Shown one piece after another: positions 8,796 through 18,214 of a stretch of DNA of 54,628 nt. Numbering within the stretch: the first letter of the stretch is position 1; each line of letters starts with the position of its first letter. A program made the position numbers and the translations under genes. The notes under the pieces were generated by a model. It was not told where the DNA came from. It saw only the letters and a list, made by a program, of their open reading frames with translations, and searched no databases. Source of the stretch: Candidatus Micrarchaeota archaeon. GTDB taxonomy: Archaea; Micrarchaeota; Micrarchaeia; Anstonellales; Anstonellaceae. The DNA lies in assembly GCA_026414185.1 (NCBI GenBank), contig JAOAJL010000007.1, positions 1 to 54,628 of the forward strand, in the 5' to 3' direction.

Positions 8796-9284
8796 CTATC
8801 TCATAGTTTTTGCCGCAGAATACAGCACCGCCCTTCCAACCTGCCTCTTTTCAAGCAGGCCCAGCTCAAACATCCTGTTAAGGCGTGCTGATGCGGCGTT
8901 TTTCCCCTTATAGCCAAACCTCCTTCTGACCTCCTCTGCGGAGGCGAATCTTCTTTCCTTTACAAACGCAAGTATCTGCTCATCAACTTCCGGAAGCAAA
9001 ATTTCATCCTGCTGCGCTGCCTGCAATCCTCCTGCCTCAAGTGCGGAGAGCCTCGCCTCAATCTCAGAAAATTTCTGGTCAAGCTTCTCAATCAGGGTTT
9101 TCAGAAGCCTGTTCGTGTTTTCCTTCTCTGTTGCGGCAGTGTGCATAAGAGCGGCAAGAACTATCGGGTCTCGCAGTTTTTCAATATCCCGCTCAAGAGG
9201 CGCAACAATCTCGTTTCTTATCTCCTCAATAGGCTGCCTTCCGGAGCCCTCTCCAACGGATTTATAAGCTTCATCTTTCTTCAT
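8796..9284 (-). CDS. Coiled-coil plus C-terminal winged-helix DNA-binding protein
   Basis: DEQILAFVKE...SAEEVRRRFG...ASARLNRMFELGLLEKRQVGRAVLY wHTH pattern; alternative GTG start 9323. Confidence 0.8.
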   Translation of the reverse strand: MKKDEAYKSVGEGSGRQPIEEIRNEIVAPLERDIEKLRDPIVLAALMHTAATEKENTNRLLKTLIEKLDQKFSEIEARLSALEAGGLQAAQQDEILLPEVDEQILAFVKERRFASAEEVRRRFGYKGKNAASARLNRMFELGLLEKRQVGRAVLYSAAKTMR

Positions 9285-9327
9285 AGTCTGCCTCGTGCTA
9301 TGCCGGTGCTGAGGAAATGTCACATTG

Positions 9328-9360
9328 TTATCACGACATTGTCATGATAAGTTATATAAA
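9328..9360 (-). promoter_or_regulatory. TATA box (9352-9360) with adjacent 23-bp palindromic operator candidate (9328-9350)
   Basis: TTATCACGACA-T-TGTCATGATAA (10 of 11 bp symmetric) next to TTTATATAA on the minus strand, upstream of the wHTH gene. Confidence 0.6.
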
Positions 9361-9451
9361 TGCCTATGTTTCTCCGTCGGAGAATCAATATAAAAATTAA
9401 ACACATAAATTCTTTTTTTAAAACATATTTGCAAAACCGCAGGTGTGGGAT

Positions 9452-10102
9452 ATGGGCACGGAAAGAAAGGTCCGCATAGCGGTGGACAGCCGCGAGCCTG
9501 ACGAAATTTGCGATTTTTTGGAAGCCTGCGAGGCTGAAATAGAGCTTCGCTCCCTTGAGCTTGGAGACTACCAGATTTCAGATGAGGCGGTGGTGGAGAG
9601 GAAGACCCGGCAGGACTTTGAGGCTTCAATAATAGACGGGCGGCTGTTTTCCCAGATAGCGGATTTATCAGCCTCGGTCAAGCGCGTGGTGGTCGTGGTG
9701 GAGGGGGAGTCCTCTGTCGGAAGCCGGCTTTCAAAAGCCGCCATTTTAGGAGCCTACTCCTCGCTGATTTTGGACTTTGGCTGCTCGCTTTTTTTCACCC
9801 GCTCGCCACAGGCAACAGCAGAGCTTGTCTACGCCCTCGCATGCCACGAGCAGCTTGCAAGAAAGCGGCTCTTTTCCGTTTTCGCCAAGCGGAAGGCGAT
9901 TTCCGTCGCGCAACAGCAGAGGGCAGTGGTGGAAGCCCTCCCAAATGTCGGCCCAAAGCTCGCAAGGGAGCTTCTTTCCTATTTTGACACCGTGGAAAAC
10001 GTCATCACTGCGCCTGAAAGCGAGCTTGCGCAGGTGGGCAGGCTTGGAAAGAAAAGGGCTGCCGAAATAAGAAAGATTCTCTCAACAAGGTATAAAGAGT
10101 GA
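9452..10102 (+). CDS. ERCC4-domain (XPF/Hef-type) structure-specific nuclease with HhH motifs
   Basis: VDSRE, GDY, ERKTRQDF, VVEG; LPNVGPK and VGRLGKKRA HhH motifs. Confidence 0.92.
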   Translation: MGTERKVRIAVDSREPDEICDFLEACEAEIELRSLELGDYQISDEAVVERKTRQDFEASIIDGRLFSQIADLSASVKRVVVVVEGESSVGSRLSKAAILGAYSSLILDFGCSLFFTRSPQATAELVYALACHEQLARKRLFSVFAKRKAISVAQQQRAVVEALPNVGPKLARELLSYFDTVENVITAPESELAQVGRLGKKRAAEIRKILSTRYKE

Positions 10103-10214
10103 TTGGCAGTGTTCGCTATTTTATCTTTATTCCCACACAAAACACACACCATTATAAGTTTCAGAGTGGAGAAAGAAGGGCTTATGCTAATTTTCGCGCA
10201 AAAACGGTGGTGAA

Positions 10215-10760
10215 ATGGACGAAAAAATAATTAGAATCGTTGCCTCAAAGCTTCGCCAGTATGAGGGCAAGCCCATAAAGCAGGAGGAGCTGCAGTCTAT
10301 CCGGGCGGCAGTCTATTCAGCGACAAAGACGAACAAATTCGCCTCCTTTTCCAACGTCAAAAAATGGGTGAAGGCGGCGCGCAGCATGATCAAAAAGCAG
10401 CAAAAAGCGCAGAAGGGCGCCAAAAAAGAAGGCAAGTCCCACAATAAGAAAGCCCTCGCCCACAGGGAGCCTGCCGAAAAGGAAGAGGGCAAAGTCATAA
10501 GGGAGCCTGCCATCCCCTCTGTCCCAAAAAAGGTTGAAGATTCAGTTAACCTGATAAAGCAGGAAGCCCCACTCCCCCAGCTCGTTCCCGCCGAGGAGGT
10601 TTCGCCTCCAAAGCCGCAGATAGTATTTGACAAAGTCTATCTCCAGTCCATAAAGTTTGAAATCGCCGGGATACGCCAGACAATGGAGCGGGTTTCGCGC
10701 CAGCTTGACAAGCTTGAAAAGGAGCTTTCTTCCCACAGCCAAGAGGCGGAGGAAGGGTAA
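10215..10760 (+). CDS. Hypothetical Lys/Pro-rich protein with C-terminal coiled coil
   Basis: 181-aa ORF preceded by GGTGGTGA ribosome site. Confidence 0.65.
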   Translation: MDEKIIRIVASKLRQYEGKPIKQEELQSIRAAVYSATKTNKFASFSNVKKWVKAARSMIKKQQKAQKGAKKEGKSHNKKALAHREPAEKEEGKVIREPAIPSVPKKVEDSVNLIKQEAPLPQLVPAEEVSPPKPQIVFDKVYLQSIKFEIAGIRQTMERVSRQLDKLEKELSSHSQEAEEG

Positions 10761-10846
10761 GAAATCACCACACCTCTTTTTCTTGGCGCACGTGCCCTCA
10801 ACCCAATGCTTTTTAAACACTTTTATCGTTATTTTACCACATAAGT

Positions 10847-11578
10847 ATGGCAAGAGGGGAGGCGCAAGATATGCGCAAAACAGCACAACAAAAAGGCGAA
10901 ATTGCAAAAACAAGAAGCCAAGCCGAAGAGAGGAAAATCCGCAAGATGGGGCTTGTGCTGGAGGAGTCCCTGGCTTGGCTGGAAAAAAGCGTAAGCCTGA
11001 AAATGAAGCACCGGGGTGAAAAGACTTACTGGGAGATAGATGGCACTCCTCTCTCAGAGCAGGCAAAGCCGCTTTCGCTGGACCTTGAAGCCCATCTTGA
11101 AGAAAAAGCCCGCAAGGCGAGGGCAGAGGGCCGCAAGCTGCGCCTGCTTGTCTTTGGCATGGGAAGCGGCTCGCCGGATTTGGCGGCTTTTCTTGAGCGC
11201 TATGCGGACTGCGTGGAGTTCCACGGAACAACGCTGCCGCAGGACATATCCATTCTTCCCCCCTATTATATGCAAAAGCACAAGATACACTTCTGCGATG
11301 TTTCAGGCGCAACAGAAGCGCTGGGAAGGATGGGATTTGACATAATCCTGTCGCATTTTTCAACCCACGGGCAAAACCTTCTTGCCATAGACGTCTTTTA
11401 CCGCCTCCTAAAGCCTGGCGGGGAGGCAGTGGTGGTGGTGCCTCGCTTCTCCATAAAAGGCGGCTGGAAGACCATAAGCGAGCTTTGCGAGCCCTTTGAG
11501 CTTCTGGAGCACGCACAGGATGAGCAGGTGCGCGAGGGCAAGCTTGCGGAAGCCTTTCACCTCAGGAAGCCCCTATAG
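10847..11578 (+). CDS. Class I SAM-dependent methyltransferase-like protein
   Basis: LLVFGMGSG (motif I), FDIILS, LLKPGGEA. Confidence 0.7.
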   Translation: MARGEAQDMRKTAQQKGEIAKTRSQAEERKIRKMGLVLEESLAWLEKSVSLKMKHRGEKTYWEIDGTPLSEQAKPLSLDLEAHLEEKARKARAEGRKLRLLVFGMGSGSPDLAAFLERYADCVEFHGTTLPQDISILPPYYMQKHKIHFCDVSGATEALGRMGFDIILSHFSTHGQNLLAIDVFYRLLKPGGEAVVVVPRFSIKGGWKTISELCEPFELLEHAQDEQVREGKLAEAFHLRKPL

Positions 11579-11621
11579 GCGCTTTTTTATTCTTTCTTGC
11601 CGTTTTCAGACTGCGACCAGC

Positions 11622-12584
11622 ATGGGCTTTTCACACAGCCTCGTAATCGGCGGAGTGGAGATTTCCCTTGATGATGCACAGCACGAAGTCTGCTTTGTTT
11701 CGCACGCGCACAGCGACCACACAGGCGCATTCAGGTCCGGCAAAAAAAGGATTGTCGCCTCGGATGAGACATTTGCGCTTTTGGGGCGGCAACCGCAGGG
11801 TTTTTCACTGCCGGGGCTTCGCCTTCACCCAGCGGGACATATGCTTGGCGCAAGGCAGCTTTCCGCAGATTGCGACGGGCAGAAGTTTGTCTACACAGGG
11901 GATTTCTCCCTCCACCAGTCATACACCATCAGCCCCGCTCCCATCCTGGACTGCGACGTTCTCATGATAGACTCCACCTATGCCCTTCCCCATCTGCGCT
12001 TTCCTCCTCACGAGCAAGTGGCGCAGCAGATAGCCTCTTTTGTCAGGAAAAACTCCTCCTCCATCATAGTTTTTGGAGCGTATGCTCGCGGAAAAAGCCA
12101 GGAGCTTGTCCGACTGCTGAATGTTGAATGCGGCGTTGCCCCGCTGGTCGGAAGGGCTTGTGCGGAATGCTGCCGCATATACCGAAAGTTCGGGGTAGGG
12201 CTGGACTTCATAGAAATAGGCACGCAAGAGGCGGAAGAGGCAATGCGCTCCGCATTTGTCGCAATTCTGCCTCCCTCGCAGGTGAATTTTGAGTTTGGCG
12301 CGCGGCTTTCAGAGGCGCACGGAATCCCCGTCAAGACCGCCGTTGCGACCGGCTGGGCGGCAACCATGCGCTTTCCTGTAGATGCCGCCTTTCCGCTTTC
12401 CGACCATGCAGACTTTGACGACACAATGCGCTACATACGCGAATCTGGGGCAAAGAAGATAATCTGCGCAAACTCAGGCGCGCAAGAGGCGGCAAAGCAG
12501 CTGCGCATGCTTGGGCTTGACGCAGTTGCGAAGGGCGAAGATAGGCAAGTCGGGCAGCAGGCGCTTTTGCTTCATGCTGATTAA
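11622..12584 (+). CDS. MBL-fold beta-CASP nuclease
   Basis: SHAHSDH, AGHMLG, YTGD, DSTY, GKSQE, LSDHAD motifs; start moved to ATG 11622. Confidence 0.88.
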   Translation: MGFSHSLVIGGVEISLDDAQHEVCFVSHAHSDHTGAFRSGKKRIVASDETFALLGRQPQGFSLPGLRLHPAGHMLGARQLSADCDGQKFVYTGDFSLHQSYTISPAPILDCDVLMIDSTYALPHLRFPPHEQVAQQIASFVRKNSSSIIVFGAYARGKSQELVRLLNVECGVAPLVGRACAECCRIYRKFGVGLDFIEIGTQEAEEAMRSAFVAILPPSQVNFEFGARLSEAHGIPVKTAVATGWAATMRFPVDAAFPLSDHADFDDTMRYIRESGAKKIICANSGAQEAAKQLRMLGLDAVAKGEDRQVGQQALLLHAD

Positions 12585-12608
12585 CAAAGCAAAAGGAGGT
12601 TGGTTTTG

Positions 12609-12920
12609 ATGGCAAGGCAAAAGCCGAAGGACGAGGTTCTCGGCGAGATAAAGGGCAGAGTGCCCCTATACAAAGACGGGCTTGACGTCTCAGGCGAGAT
12701 AATCCTCTGCGAGGAAGGGCTGATTGTGCACTGTGACGGAAACACCATAAAAGCGCCATTCCGCTATGTGACCATGTTTGAAAAATCAGGCGAGCTTCCG
12801 CTTGGAAAGGTAAGCGCGGAGATGGACGTCTATGACCAGTCAGGCAACAAGTATTACTTCCACTTCGCCCTATCAGACACCCACTACAACACCATCAGAA
12901 GGGCTCTTGGCAAGGATTAG
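12609..12920 (+). CDS. Small hypothetical protein, beta-rich
   Basis: About 103 aa; GGAGGT ribosome site upstream. Confidence 0.65.
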   Translation: MARQKPKDEVLGEIKGRVPLYKDGLDVSGEIILCEEGLIVHCDGNTIKAPFRYVTMFEKSGELPLGKVSAEMDVYDQSGNKYYFHFALSDTHYNTIRRALGKD

Positions 12921-12980
12921 CCGCGCAAAGCAGGCGCTGCATGGAATGTGTTATATAGCTTATCTGAGCAATGTGGTAAC

Positions 12981-13553
12981 ATGGGGCGTCCATCCAAGCA
13001 AAGGCAAGCCAGCCGTTACTCTGCCAGCTGCCTGAGGGCGCAGGCGGCGATGGAATATCTTGTCACCTACGGCTGGGCGCTGCTTGCCCTCCTTTTTGTG
13101 ATTGCCGTCCTAATAAGTTCGGGCGCCTTCTCGCCAAGCGGATTTTCTGTGCAGGAGTGCACTTTCCAGCCCGACCTGCCATGCTCCTCATTCATCATCT
13201 ACAACACAGAGGGCGTGCCGGACACAACCACCGTTGAGTTCACGCTAACCAACAACCTCGGCTTTCCAATAAACATAACCAGCGTCACCTATACTGCCGT
13301 AAATATGGGCAAGGAGGGAAAGCAGCAATACAGCAGCAGCGGTTTTCCCGCAACAACGGTAATGCCGGGGCAGAAGATTGGCTTCTTCCAGCAATTCAAA
13401 GGCCAAAAGCAGCCTTCAAGCCGGGAGTTTAAGTCCATCACCGTGACAATAACCTATGTCAATTGCAAGACAAGCCCCTGCGCAGGCAGATATACCACCT
13501 CGGGAAGAATCTCCAGCATCGTAGAAACAAAGCGCAGCAGCCTGCCCTCCTAA
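12981..13553 (+). CDS. Class III signal peptide (type IV pilin-like) protein
   Basis: RA|QAAMEYLVTYGWALL, a typical archaeal pilin N-terminus; LTNNLG motif. Confidence 0.87.
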   Translation: MGRPSKQRQASRYSASCLRAQAAMEYLVTYGWALLALLFVIAVLISSGAFSPSGFSVQECTFQPDLPCSSFIIYNTEGVPDTTTVEFTLTNNLGFPINITSVTYTAVNMGKEGKQQYSSSGFPATTVMPGQKIGFFQQFKGQKQPSSREFKSITVTITYVNCKTSPCAGRYTTSGRISSIVETKRSSLPS

Positions 13554-13663
13554 TTCCCCCCAGCTTCGTTGCGCTTCTCCTTCTCTGCCCGCCCCAATCA
13601 CTTATTTAAATTATACCGCAGTATTTTGCGCAAGGCGACCGACCAGAGAATGCAAGTGAGCAG

Positions 13664-16600
13664 ATGGTTTATCTCAAAGGCTTGAAATTCCGCGGCTTCA
13701 AGTCATTCAGGCGTGCGGAAGCAACATTCCCAAAAGGCTTCGTCTGCCTAGCAGGCCCTAATGGGAGCGGGAAAAGCAACGTCACAGACGGCATACGCTT
13801 TGCCCTGGGCGAGGGCTCTCTCAAGGCGTTGCGGGCAAAGCGCGTTTCCGAGCTTATCAATACATCCTGCAAATACGCAGAAGTCACCCTCTACATAGAC
13901 GGCGAGCAGCAATACGAGATAAAGCGCGCGATAAACGCAGAGGGCAAGACCCTCTACCGCATAAACGGCAGGCGCTCCACGCGCACCCTTGTGATGGAGG
14001 AGCTGCGCCGCTACGGGATTGAAGCCGGCAGCCACAACATCATAGCGCAAGGGCAGGTTCAGAAGATAATAGACATGTCCGCAAAGGAGCGCAGGCAGAT
14101 AATAGATTCGGTCGCAGGCATAGCCGAGTTTGACGCAAAAAAGGAGGAGGCAATCCGCGAGCTTCAGAAGGTTGAGCAGAAGATAACCGAAGCTTCAATA
14201 GTGCTTTCCGAGCGGCAGATACGCCTCTCCGAGCTTGAAGGAGAAAAGGACAGCGCTCTTGCCTACATCTCCGCGCAGGAAAATTTCAGGCGCGCGACCG
14301 CTTCAATAGCGAACATGGAGCACTCCAAGCTCTCAAAGTCATTTGCAGAAATCGTGCAGAAGCACAGCGCCGCAAAGGCGGAAATAGAGGCGCTTTCCAA
14401 GCAGTCGTCGGTGCTTGAAGCCCGCATAGCCGAGCTTGATTCGCAAAAGCAGCAGGTCGTGGCAAAGATGGGCTCCTCCTCCGCGCGGGAAGCCGCCATG
14501 CGCGAGATAGAGGAGCTGAAAGTGAAGATAGGGGCGGACAGCGCGACGCTCAACGAGAAGAGAAAGGACTTGCCGCGGCTTGAGGCGTCCTCCAAGACTC
14601 TCCTTGCGCAGATTGAAGCGCTGAAAAAATCCCAAAAGGAGGTCTCCGCCACAATTTCATCTTTGAGCTCGGAGATTTCCTCCCTCTCCAAAAAGATATC
14701 CGAATACGAGCGGAAAAGCGGGGCAAAGAGCGAGTCGGCGGCAGCCGAAGTTTCAAGGAAGCTTGAGTTTTTGGCTGAAAAAATCGTTTCGCTCAAGGAG
14801 CAGAAAGCATCATGCGAAAGCCGCCTTGCCTCTGCGGAGCGGATGATGCAGATGAAGCGGGAGGAGAAAGAGAGGCTTTCGCAGGCAATCGGCAATATGG
14901 AAGAGGGCAGGTTTTCAGGGGAGAGGGCGGTGCTGGAGAAGGAGATAGCCTCCCTCCAGACCCAGCTTGAATCGCTTTTTGAGCGCGAGCGCGAGCTGAA
15001 CAGGAGCCTCCCAGACATGGACAGGCGCCTTCTCTCCCTAAAGGAAAAAGCCGCCGCGCTGCGCGCGTCAATCGCGCCTTCAGCCGCAAGCCTTGCGATA
15101 AAGGCGGTTGAAGAGATGAAGAGAGAGGGGATGCGCGGCATATACGGGACCGTCTCCTCGCTTGTTTCGTGCGTCCAAAAATACGCATCCGCAGCGGAGG
15201 CTGCCGCATGCAACCGCCTCTCATACATAGTGGTTGATTCCACCGACACCGCGATAAGGGTCATAGAAAGGCTAAAGGAGCAGAAAGCCGGCAGGTGCAC
15301 CTTTATCCCCCTTGACATCCCAAAGCCGCAGGCGCAGGAGCCAGCCCCTTCCGCCTCCGGCTGCCTGGGGGCTCTGATAGACTTCGTGAAGTTTGACCCA
15401 GCCTTCAAGCGCGCGATGGAATATGTGTTTTCCGACACCCTGCTTTTTGACAGCGTGCAGAATGCGAAGAAGCATGTCGGACGGGCAAGGCTGGTGACTG
15501 TTGAAGGCGAGCTTATTGAGCGCTCCGGGGTAATAACCGGCGGCTGGCAGAAGGGCTCGCTTCTTTCCCGCTCCGCCCTTGAAAAGGCGGAAGCTGAAGC
15601 CGCCGAGCTTGAGCAGAAGCGAAGGGAGCTTTACGCAACCCTCTATTCAATCCGAGACGAGATGTCTGCCAAAAGGAAGGAGAAGGCGGAGGCTGAAGTG
15701 AAGCTTCGCGGCTTGGAGATAGAGCAAAAAAGCATTGAGGAGAGGAAGGCAGGGGCTAAAAAGACGCTGGAAGAGATAAAGAAGATAGAAGCAGAGCTTT
15801 CAGCCCTCTTTCAGGAGAGGGAAAGCCTCAAAAAATTCCTCGCCGGGCTATCCGCAGAGCTTTCCTCCTCCGTTTCGCAGCACGACTCCCTCAAAGGCGA
15901 GCTTTCGCGCATCGCATCGCTTGAAAAGAGCCAGGATGAGGAGTCCCAAAAAGCGCTCCGCGAGCTTTCCTCCCGCCGCTCCTCGCTTGAGGCGCAGCTT
16001 GAGGCAAAAAAGTCGGAGCTTTCCTCCCTTGCCTCCCAGCAGGCTGAAAAGGAGCGCCAGCTAGCCGAGCTTTCCGCCAGCATCGGCGAGTGCAGAAGGG
16101 AGATTGCAGAACTTGCATCTGCCCTTTCCAGCGCGCAGGCGTTGCAGAAGGAAAAGGAAGAAAAACTCTCTGAGATGAGCGCCTCTTCCCAGAAGCTGTT
16201 TGCGAAGATGAAGGAGCTTGATGCGCAGATTAAGGAAGTCGCAGACCAGCTTGCCAAGCTCAAGCTTGAGGCAGACAGGAAAAACCGCGAGATGACTGAG
16301 CTTGAGATAAAGCGCCAGACAACAGAAACCCGCCTTGCAGACTTGAAAGCCGCCCTGGAGCAATACGCCGGCGTCCCCCTCATAGACGCATCAAAGGCTG
16401 AGCTTGAGGAACTGGCGGCAAAAAGCGAAGCCACCATGAATTCTCTTGGCATGGTGAACCTGCGCGCACCCGAGCTATATGAGGAGAAGCGCAGGGAAAT
16501 AGAGGAAATCCGCTCGCGCGTTTCGTCCCTTGATTCAGAAAAGAAGGCGGTTTTTGCGATGATGGATGAAATAGAGGGCAAAAAGCGCGCGATTTTCCTC

Positions 16601-17062
16601 TCCACTTTCAGCGCAATAAACGACAACTTCAAGAAGATTTTCTCCTACATTCTGCCCGGCGAGGGCACGCTTGTTTTGGAGCAGCCCTCAAGCCCTTTTG
16701 AGTCCGGGCTTCTTATAAGGGTGCGCGAGGAAGGGAGGGACAAATACCTGGATTCAATGTCAGGGGGCGAAAAAGCCCTTCTTGCGCTTATTTTCATCTT
16801 CGCGATACAGATGCACAAGCCAGCGCCCTTCTACATCTTGGATGAGGCGGATGCGGCACTGGACAAGGAGAACTCAAAGAAGCTTTCCAACCTGCTAAAG
16901 CAGCTTGCGGAAAAGACGCAATTTTTGGTGGTCACGCACAACGACACCGTGCTTTCCAGCGCAGATGTCGCCCTCGGCGTGACGAGGACTGAAGACGGCT
17001 CAAAAATAGTCGGCGTGCAGCTTACTTCCGCCGCCCCAGTTGCCAAGCCAAGGAAAGCATAA
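13664..17062 (+). CDS. smc: Chromosome segregation protein SMC
   Basis: GFKSF, Walker A GPNGSGKSN, hinge (GIYGTV...GRCTFIPL...GVITGG), signature MSGGEK, Walker B ILDEADAALD. Confidence 0.97.
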   Translation: MVYLKGLKFRGFKSFRRAEATFPKGFVCLAGPNGSGKSNVTDGIRFALGEGSLKALRAKRVSELINTSCKYAEVTLYIDGEQQYEIKRAINAEGKTLYRINGRRSTRTLVMEELRRYGIEAGSHNIIAQGQVQKIIDMSAKERRQIIDSVAGIAEFDAKKEEAIRELQKVEQKITEASIVLSERQIRLSELEGEKDSALAYISAQENFRRATASIANMEHSKLSKSFAEIVQKHSAAKAEIEALSKQSSVLEARIAELDSQKQQVVAKMGSSSAREAAMREIEELKVKIGADSATLNEKRKDLPRLEASSKTLLAQIEALKKSQKEVSATISSLSSEISSLSKKISEYERKSGAKSESAAAEVSRKLEFLAEKIVSLKEQKASCESRLASAERMMQMKREEKERLSQAIGNMEEGRFSGERAVLEKEIASLQTQLESLFERERELNRSLPDMDRRLLSLKEKAAALRASIAPSAASLAIKAVEEMKREGMRGIYGTVSSLVSCVQKYASAAEAAACNRLSYIVVDSTDTAIRVIERLKEQKAGRCTFIPLDIPKPQAQEPAPSASGCLGALIDFVKFDPAFKRAMEYVFSDTLLFDSVQNAKKHVGRARLVTVEGELIERSGVITGGWQKGSLLSRSALEKAEAEAAELEQKRRELYATLYSIRDEMSAKRKEKAEAEVKLRGLEIEQKSIEERKAGAKKTLEEIKKIEAELSALFQERESLKKFLAGLSAELSSSVSQHDSLKGELSRIASLEKSQDEESQKALRELSSRRSSLEAQLEAKKSELSSLASQQAEKERQLAELSASIGECRREIAELASALSSAQALQKEKEEKLSEMSASSQKLFAKMKELDAQIKEVADQLAKLKLEADRKNREMTELEIKRQTTETRLADLKAALEQYAGVPLIDASKAELEELAAKSEATMNSLGMVNLRAPELYEEKRREIEEIRSRVSSLDSEKKAVFAMMDEIEGKKRAIFLSTFSAINDNFKKIFSYILPGEGTLVLEQPSSPFESGLLIRVREEGRDKYLDSMSGGEKALLALIFIFAIQMHKPAPFYILDEADAALDKENSKKLSNLLKQLAEKTQFLVVTHNDTVLSSADVALGVTRTEDGSKIVGVQLTSAAPVAKPRKA

Positions 17063-17081
17063 GAGGGGCAGAATCTGGCTC

Positions 17082-18161
17082 TCATTTGCGCAAATAGCCG
17101 ATATCATAGGTCTTAAGCCCATCTGTGGAAACAACCACCGTGCCGTTTAGGTCAGTTCTATAGACGCCTATCCCCTTCATTCCAAGCCGAGTAAGCGTGG
17201 TGGCGGAGGGCAACCCAAAGCCGTTTTCCCCGACCGAGATTATTGCGTGCTGCGGCTGCGCCTGCTCTAAAAGCGCCGAGGGGTTGGGCCTTCCTTCCCC
17301 GTGGTTGAAGTATGTCAGCACATCGCATCTTGGGCTTATGCCAGAAGAAAGAAGCGCCGGCTCAATCTCCTGCGTGGCGGGGTTGAGAAGGAGCATGCAG
17401 AAGCTGTTGAAAGTCAGCTTCAGCACAATTGCATCGCTTTCAGGGCTGCCGTAAAGCCTCTGCTGCTGCGGGTTGAGCACCTCTACCAAAAGCCCGTTGA
17501 CCTCCATCCTGTCCCCTGCCTGCGGCTGCTTGAGGAAAATGCCCTTCTTCCGCGCCTCCCCGACCGCCTCCGCAAGCATTCCGCTTGGCGCTATCCCATT
17601 TGTCCAAAGCTCGTCGGCGCCGTATTTGCGTATCGTCTCAGCCAGCCCGCCAATGGCGTCAGGCGAGTTTTTGGTTGCGACAACCACATTCACCCTCCCT
17701 ATGCGGAGCGTTTCAAAAATCTCCCTCACCGCAGTGGCATTGCCGGCATCAACAAGCATTGAGAACTCCCCCTTTCTTACCAGTATGGAATCCGCATTGC
17801 CGCCGCTAATGACATAAACTTGGAGGGGCGTTGCCGGCTGGTAATGCACCCTGAATTCCCCATCGCCGATATTCTCGCTTATGTTGCGCGGCACTATTCC
17901 TGCAAACTCGTCCTGCTCCGGCAGGCTTTGCGGCGCGCTGCTCTCATTTTTTTTGGCATCCTCCTGCCTCTCGCCCCCTTCTTTCGCGCCTTCTTTCACA
18001 ACGGTCTCGTTTCTCTCGGCGGGAGGCGCAGGCGGGGGCGCAGTCGGAGCATGCGTCACAGTCGGCTTTTCCTCCCCAGCAGGAAAGGCGCATCCTGGCA
18101 TGAAAAGCAGGCAGGCTGCGCAGGCAAGCGCAAGCGCGAACGCCAAAAATCCAGCCCTCAT
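17082..18161 (-). CDS. Lipoprotein with ComEC/Rec2-like MBL-fold domain, degenerate metal site
   Basis: Lipobox-like MPGC; GNADSIL, LVDAG, AIISVG, YRTDLNGTV motifs; HxHxDH replaced by TKNSPDA. Confidence 0.75.
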   Translation of the reverse strand: MRAGFLAFALALACAACLLFMPGCAFPAGEEKPTVTHAPTAPPPAPPAERNETVVKEGAKEGGERQEDAKKNESSAPQSLPEQDEFAGIVPRNISENIGDGEFRVHYQPATPLQVYVISGGNADSILVRKGEFSMLVDAGNATAVREIFETLRIGRVNVVVATKNSPDAIGGLAETIRKYGADELWTNGIAPSGMLAEAVGEARKKGIFLKQPQAGDRMEVNGLLVEVLNPQQQRLYGSPESDAIVLKLTFNSFCMLLLNPATQEIEPALLSSGISPRCDVLTYFNHGEGRPNPSALLEQAQPQHAIISVGENGFGLPSATTLTRLGMKGIGVYRTDLNGTVVVSTDGLKTYDIGYLRK

Positions 18162-18214
18162 GTTGTTGGTTTTTCAAGTGGGCTTTAATTTGCTTTCCCC
18201 AGTCCTTCCTCTTT

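Noticed and set aside
14263-16632. Long antisense ORFs (also 10542..11516, 24173..24955, 25227..26003, 33478..34659, 53816..54535)
   Set aside because: Shadow frames of well-supported genes, with no motifs
13664-17062. SMC as part of a Wadjet-type or Rad50 system
   Set aside because: Canonical hinge-containing SMC; no jet or mre11 neighbours; absence of adjacent scpA is not unusual
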